A stretch of 29,386 nt of DNA. It comes from a virus. The position numbers and the translations under genes are program-made. How positions within the stretch are numbered: the stretch's first letter is position 1; every line of letters begins with the position of its first letter. The stretch lies in UHGV virus genome UHGV-0074812. One strand, given 5' to 3'. The notes below the pieces were generated by a model, which saw only the letters and a program-made list of their open reading frames with translations, searched no databases and was not told where the DNA came from. Positions 28,255 through 29,386 of the stretch are shown here, piece by piece.

Positions 28255-28295
28255 GGCTCTTTAACATTGATGGAATTGTCCCGCCGAAATGCGGG
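28255..28295 (+). promoter_or_regulatory. nutL (boxA ggctctttaa, boxB hairpin cccgc-cgaaat-gcggg)
   Basis: Same boxB 16-mer as at nutR, in the orientation of PL transcription, upstream of N-like gene. Confidence 0.6.
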
Positions 28296-28438
28296 AACCA
28301 AAGAGTAGTTGGCTTTGGGATTGGATGAATGCGCAGGCTGATGCGCGCAGGAGAGCTTCGGGAGAACAAGGTGCCTGTAAATAAGCCGGAGTTCAGCACC
28401 GGCCATCCAATCGCCAAAGTCAATCATCGGAGGTCAAC

Positions 28439-28744
28439 ATGGCAGTAGTCATTACATATCTGGCTGACGATAACGCCAGAAATCGCCGCAGAGCACGCAG
28501 ACAGGCTCAACGTGAACAGGCAATGCAAGAGCAGCGACTGGCGCGAAAAATTGCGCTAAAGCTCTCTGGTTGCGTCAGAGCAGATAAAGCAGCATCACTC
28601 GGAAGCCTTCGCTGCAAGAAGGCAGAAGAAGTCGAGCGTAAACAGAACCGTATTTACTACCGCAAGCCACGCAGTGAAATGGGTGTGACTTGCTCAGGCC
28701 GCCAGAAACAACGCGGAAAATCAATTCCAGCTTATTACGATTGA
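28439..28744 (+). CDS. N: N-like transcription antiterminator (101 aa, N-terminal arginine-rich motif)
   Basis: N-terminal ARM DNARNRRRARRQAQREQ; GGAGG RBS; first gene downstream of PL/nutL. Confidence 0.65.
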   Translation: MAVVITYLADDNARNRRRARRQAQREQAMQEQRLARKIALKLSGCVRADKAASLGSLRCKKAEEVERKQNRIYYRKPRSEMGVTCSGRQKQRGKSIPAYYD

Positions 28745-28752
28745 GGTGAGCC

Positions 28753-28890
28753 ATGCTCAAGAAAGTCAAACGCCGACTTTACAAAGAAGGTAGATATTCA
28801 TGCCATTTGCCAAAATGCGACACAGCAAAATGGAGTGTCGATGATTGGTGTAACTGGATAGATAGATACGGAACTTGGTGGGATAAATAA
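28753..28890 (+). CDS. Hypothetical 45-aa Cys/Trp-rich protein (not in ORF track, under 60 aa)
   Basis: Manual translation MLKKVKRRLYKEGRYSCHLPKCDTAKWSVDDWCNWIDRYGTWWDK; RBS ttGAGGTGAGcc before ATG, the same motif as the next gene. Confidence 0.4.
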   Translation: MLKKVKRRLYKEGRYSCHLPKCDTAKWSVDDWCNWIDRYGTWWDK

Positions 28891-28944
28891 CAGGTAACTT
28901 AAGCGGATTTATTTTCGCAGCAAACCACTTATTTGAGGTGAGAT

Positions 28945-29208
28945 ATGGACGAGAAAATTAAATCATTGAAGCCAGGAATTGTTATCAGAGACATAAGTGG
29001 TTATTACGATACAGAGACATATGATATTTTATATGTGCATGCAGATGGAAAATGTCAGTATTCGAACGACATTTTTAATAATAAAGGCGATGCCGAAATT
29101 GCTGCCACCACAGTTAATAAAGAGCTCGTAGCTAACGAGTCGTGGGATTATTTTATGCCATCATCCACTTCTATGAACTGGAAAGTGGTTTTGTACATTC
29201 CATCATAA
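28945..29208 (+). CDS. Hypothetical 87-aa protein in early-left operon
   Basis: ORF with RBS tttGAGGTGAGat before ATG; AT-rich codon usage; no family recognised. Confidence 0.55.
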   Translation: MDEKIKSLKPGIVIRDISGYYDTETYDILYVHADGKCQYSNDIFNNKGDAEIAATTVNKELVANESWDYFMPSSTSMNWKVVLYIPS

Positions 29209-29249
29209 TTGTAGCTGCCGTTCAAAAATGAAAGTAAATCTAACATCAC

Positions 29250-29277
29250 AGGCCGCATAGTCGGCCTTCTTTTGGCA
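29250..29277 (+). terminator. Intrinsic terminator in early-left operon (aggccg-catagt-cggcct plus tcttttgg)
   Basis: 6-bp stem followed by T-rich tract, directly downstream of the 87-aa ORF. Confidence 0.6.
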
Positions 29278-29386
29278 TAAACAACAGAATAAACACTGCA
29301 CTGTGTATTCATTCCAACGAGTGAATACACTGAGCAATGTCGCTCGTAACTAAACAGGAGCCGACTTGTTCTGATTATTGGAAATC

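Larger units (their letters stand above)
1..29386. mobile_element. Segment of a P22-like lambdoid temperate phage/prophage (mosaic: P22-type immC and immI, lambda-like lysis and cII, Sf6-like head genes)
   Basis: Gene content and order (c2/cro, O/helicase, nin, Q, S-R-Rz, terS-terL-portal-scaffold-coat-gp4-gp10-gp26-gp14-gp7-gp20-gp16, mnt-arc-ant, tailspike) recognised from ORF translations; no host genes or attachment sites seen in window. Confidence 0.9.

Noticed and set aside
28209-28427. Two overlapping minus-strand ORFs (72 and 68 aa)
   Set aside because: Sit antisense over nutL and the N leader, where boxA/boxB are clearly oriented for plus-strand transcription.
1-29386. CRISPR array, rRNA, insertion sequence or transposase
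   Set aside because: No regularly spaced direct repeats with unique spacers, no rRNA-like sequence, and no transposase or integrase ORF seen; the only repeat array is the iteron set inside the O-like gene.

Overview
The window reads as about 29 kb of a P22-like temperate phage or prophage from an enterobacterium, with most genes on the minus strand. All protein identifications rest on reading the supplied ORF translations against remembered family sequences and on gene order; no database search was run. Read right to left (direction of transcription), it contains: a P22-type immC region (N-like antiterminator with nutL, c2 repressor, cro, nutR, a lambda-like cII); replication genes (O-like initiator with internal iteron repeats, and a DnaB-type helicase whose P-loop is interrupted by an intein carrying a LAGLIDADG endonuclease); a nin region (ninB, ninE, ninF, Rha/ANT antirepressor, ybcO-like, rusA, ninH); a short Q-like antiterminator; a lambda-like lysis cassette (S, R, Rz/Rz1); a Sf6/P22-like morphogenesis operon (terminase small and large, portal, scaffold, coat, gp4, gp10, tail needle gp26, gp14, ejection proteins gp7/gp20/gp16); an accessory island of small unknown genes (2385-3742); a P22-type immI region (mnt, arc, an extra 73-aa ORF, ant); and the truncated 5' end of a tailspike gene. 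The most notable items are the helicase intein, the accessory island between gp16 and mnt, the extra ORF and possible antisense RNA in the arc-ant interval, and small unknown genes downstream of N.
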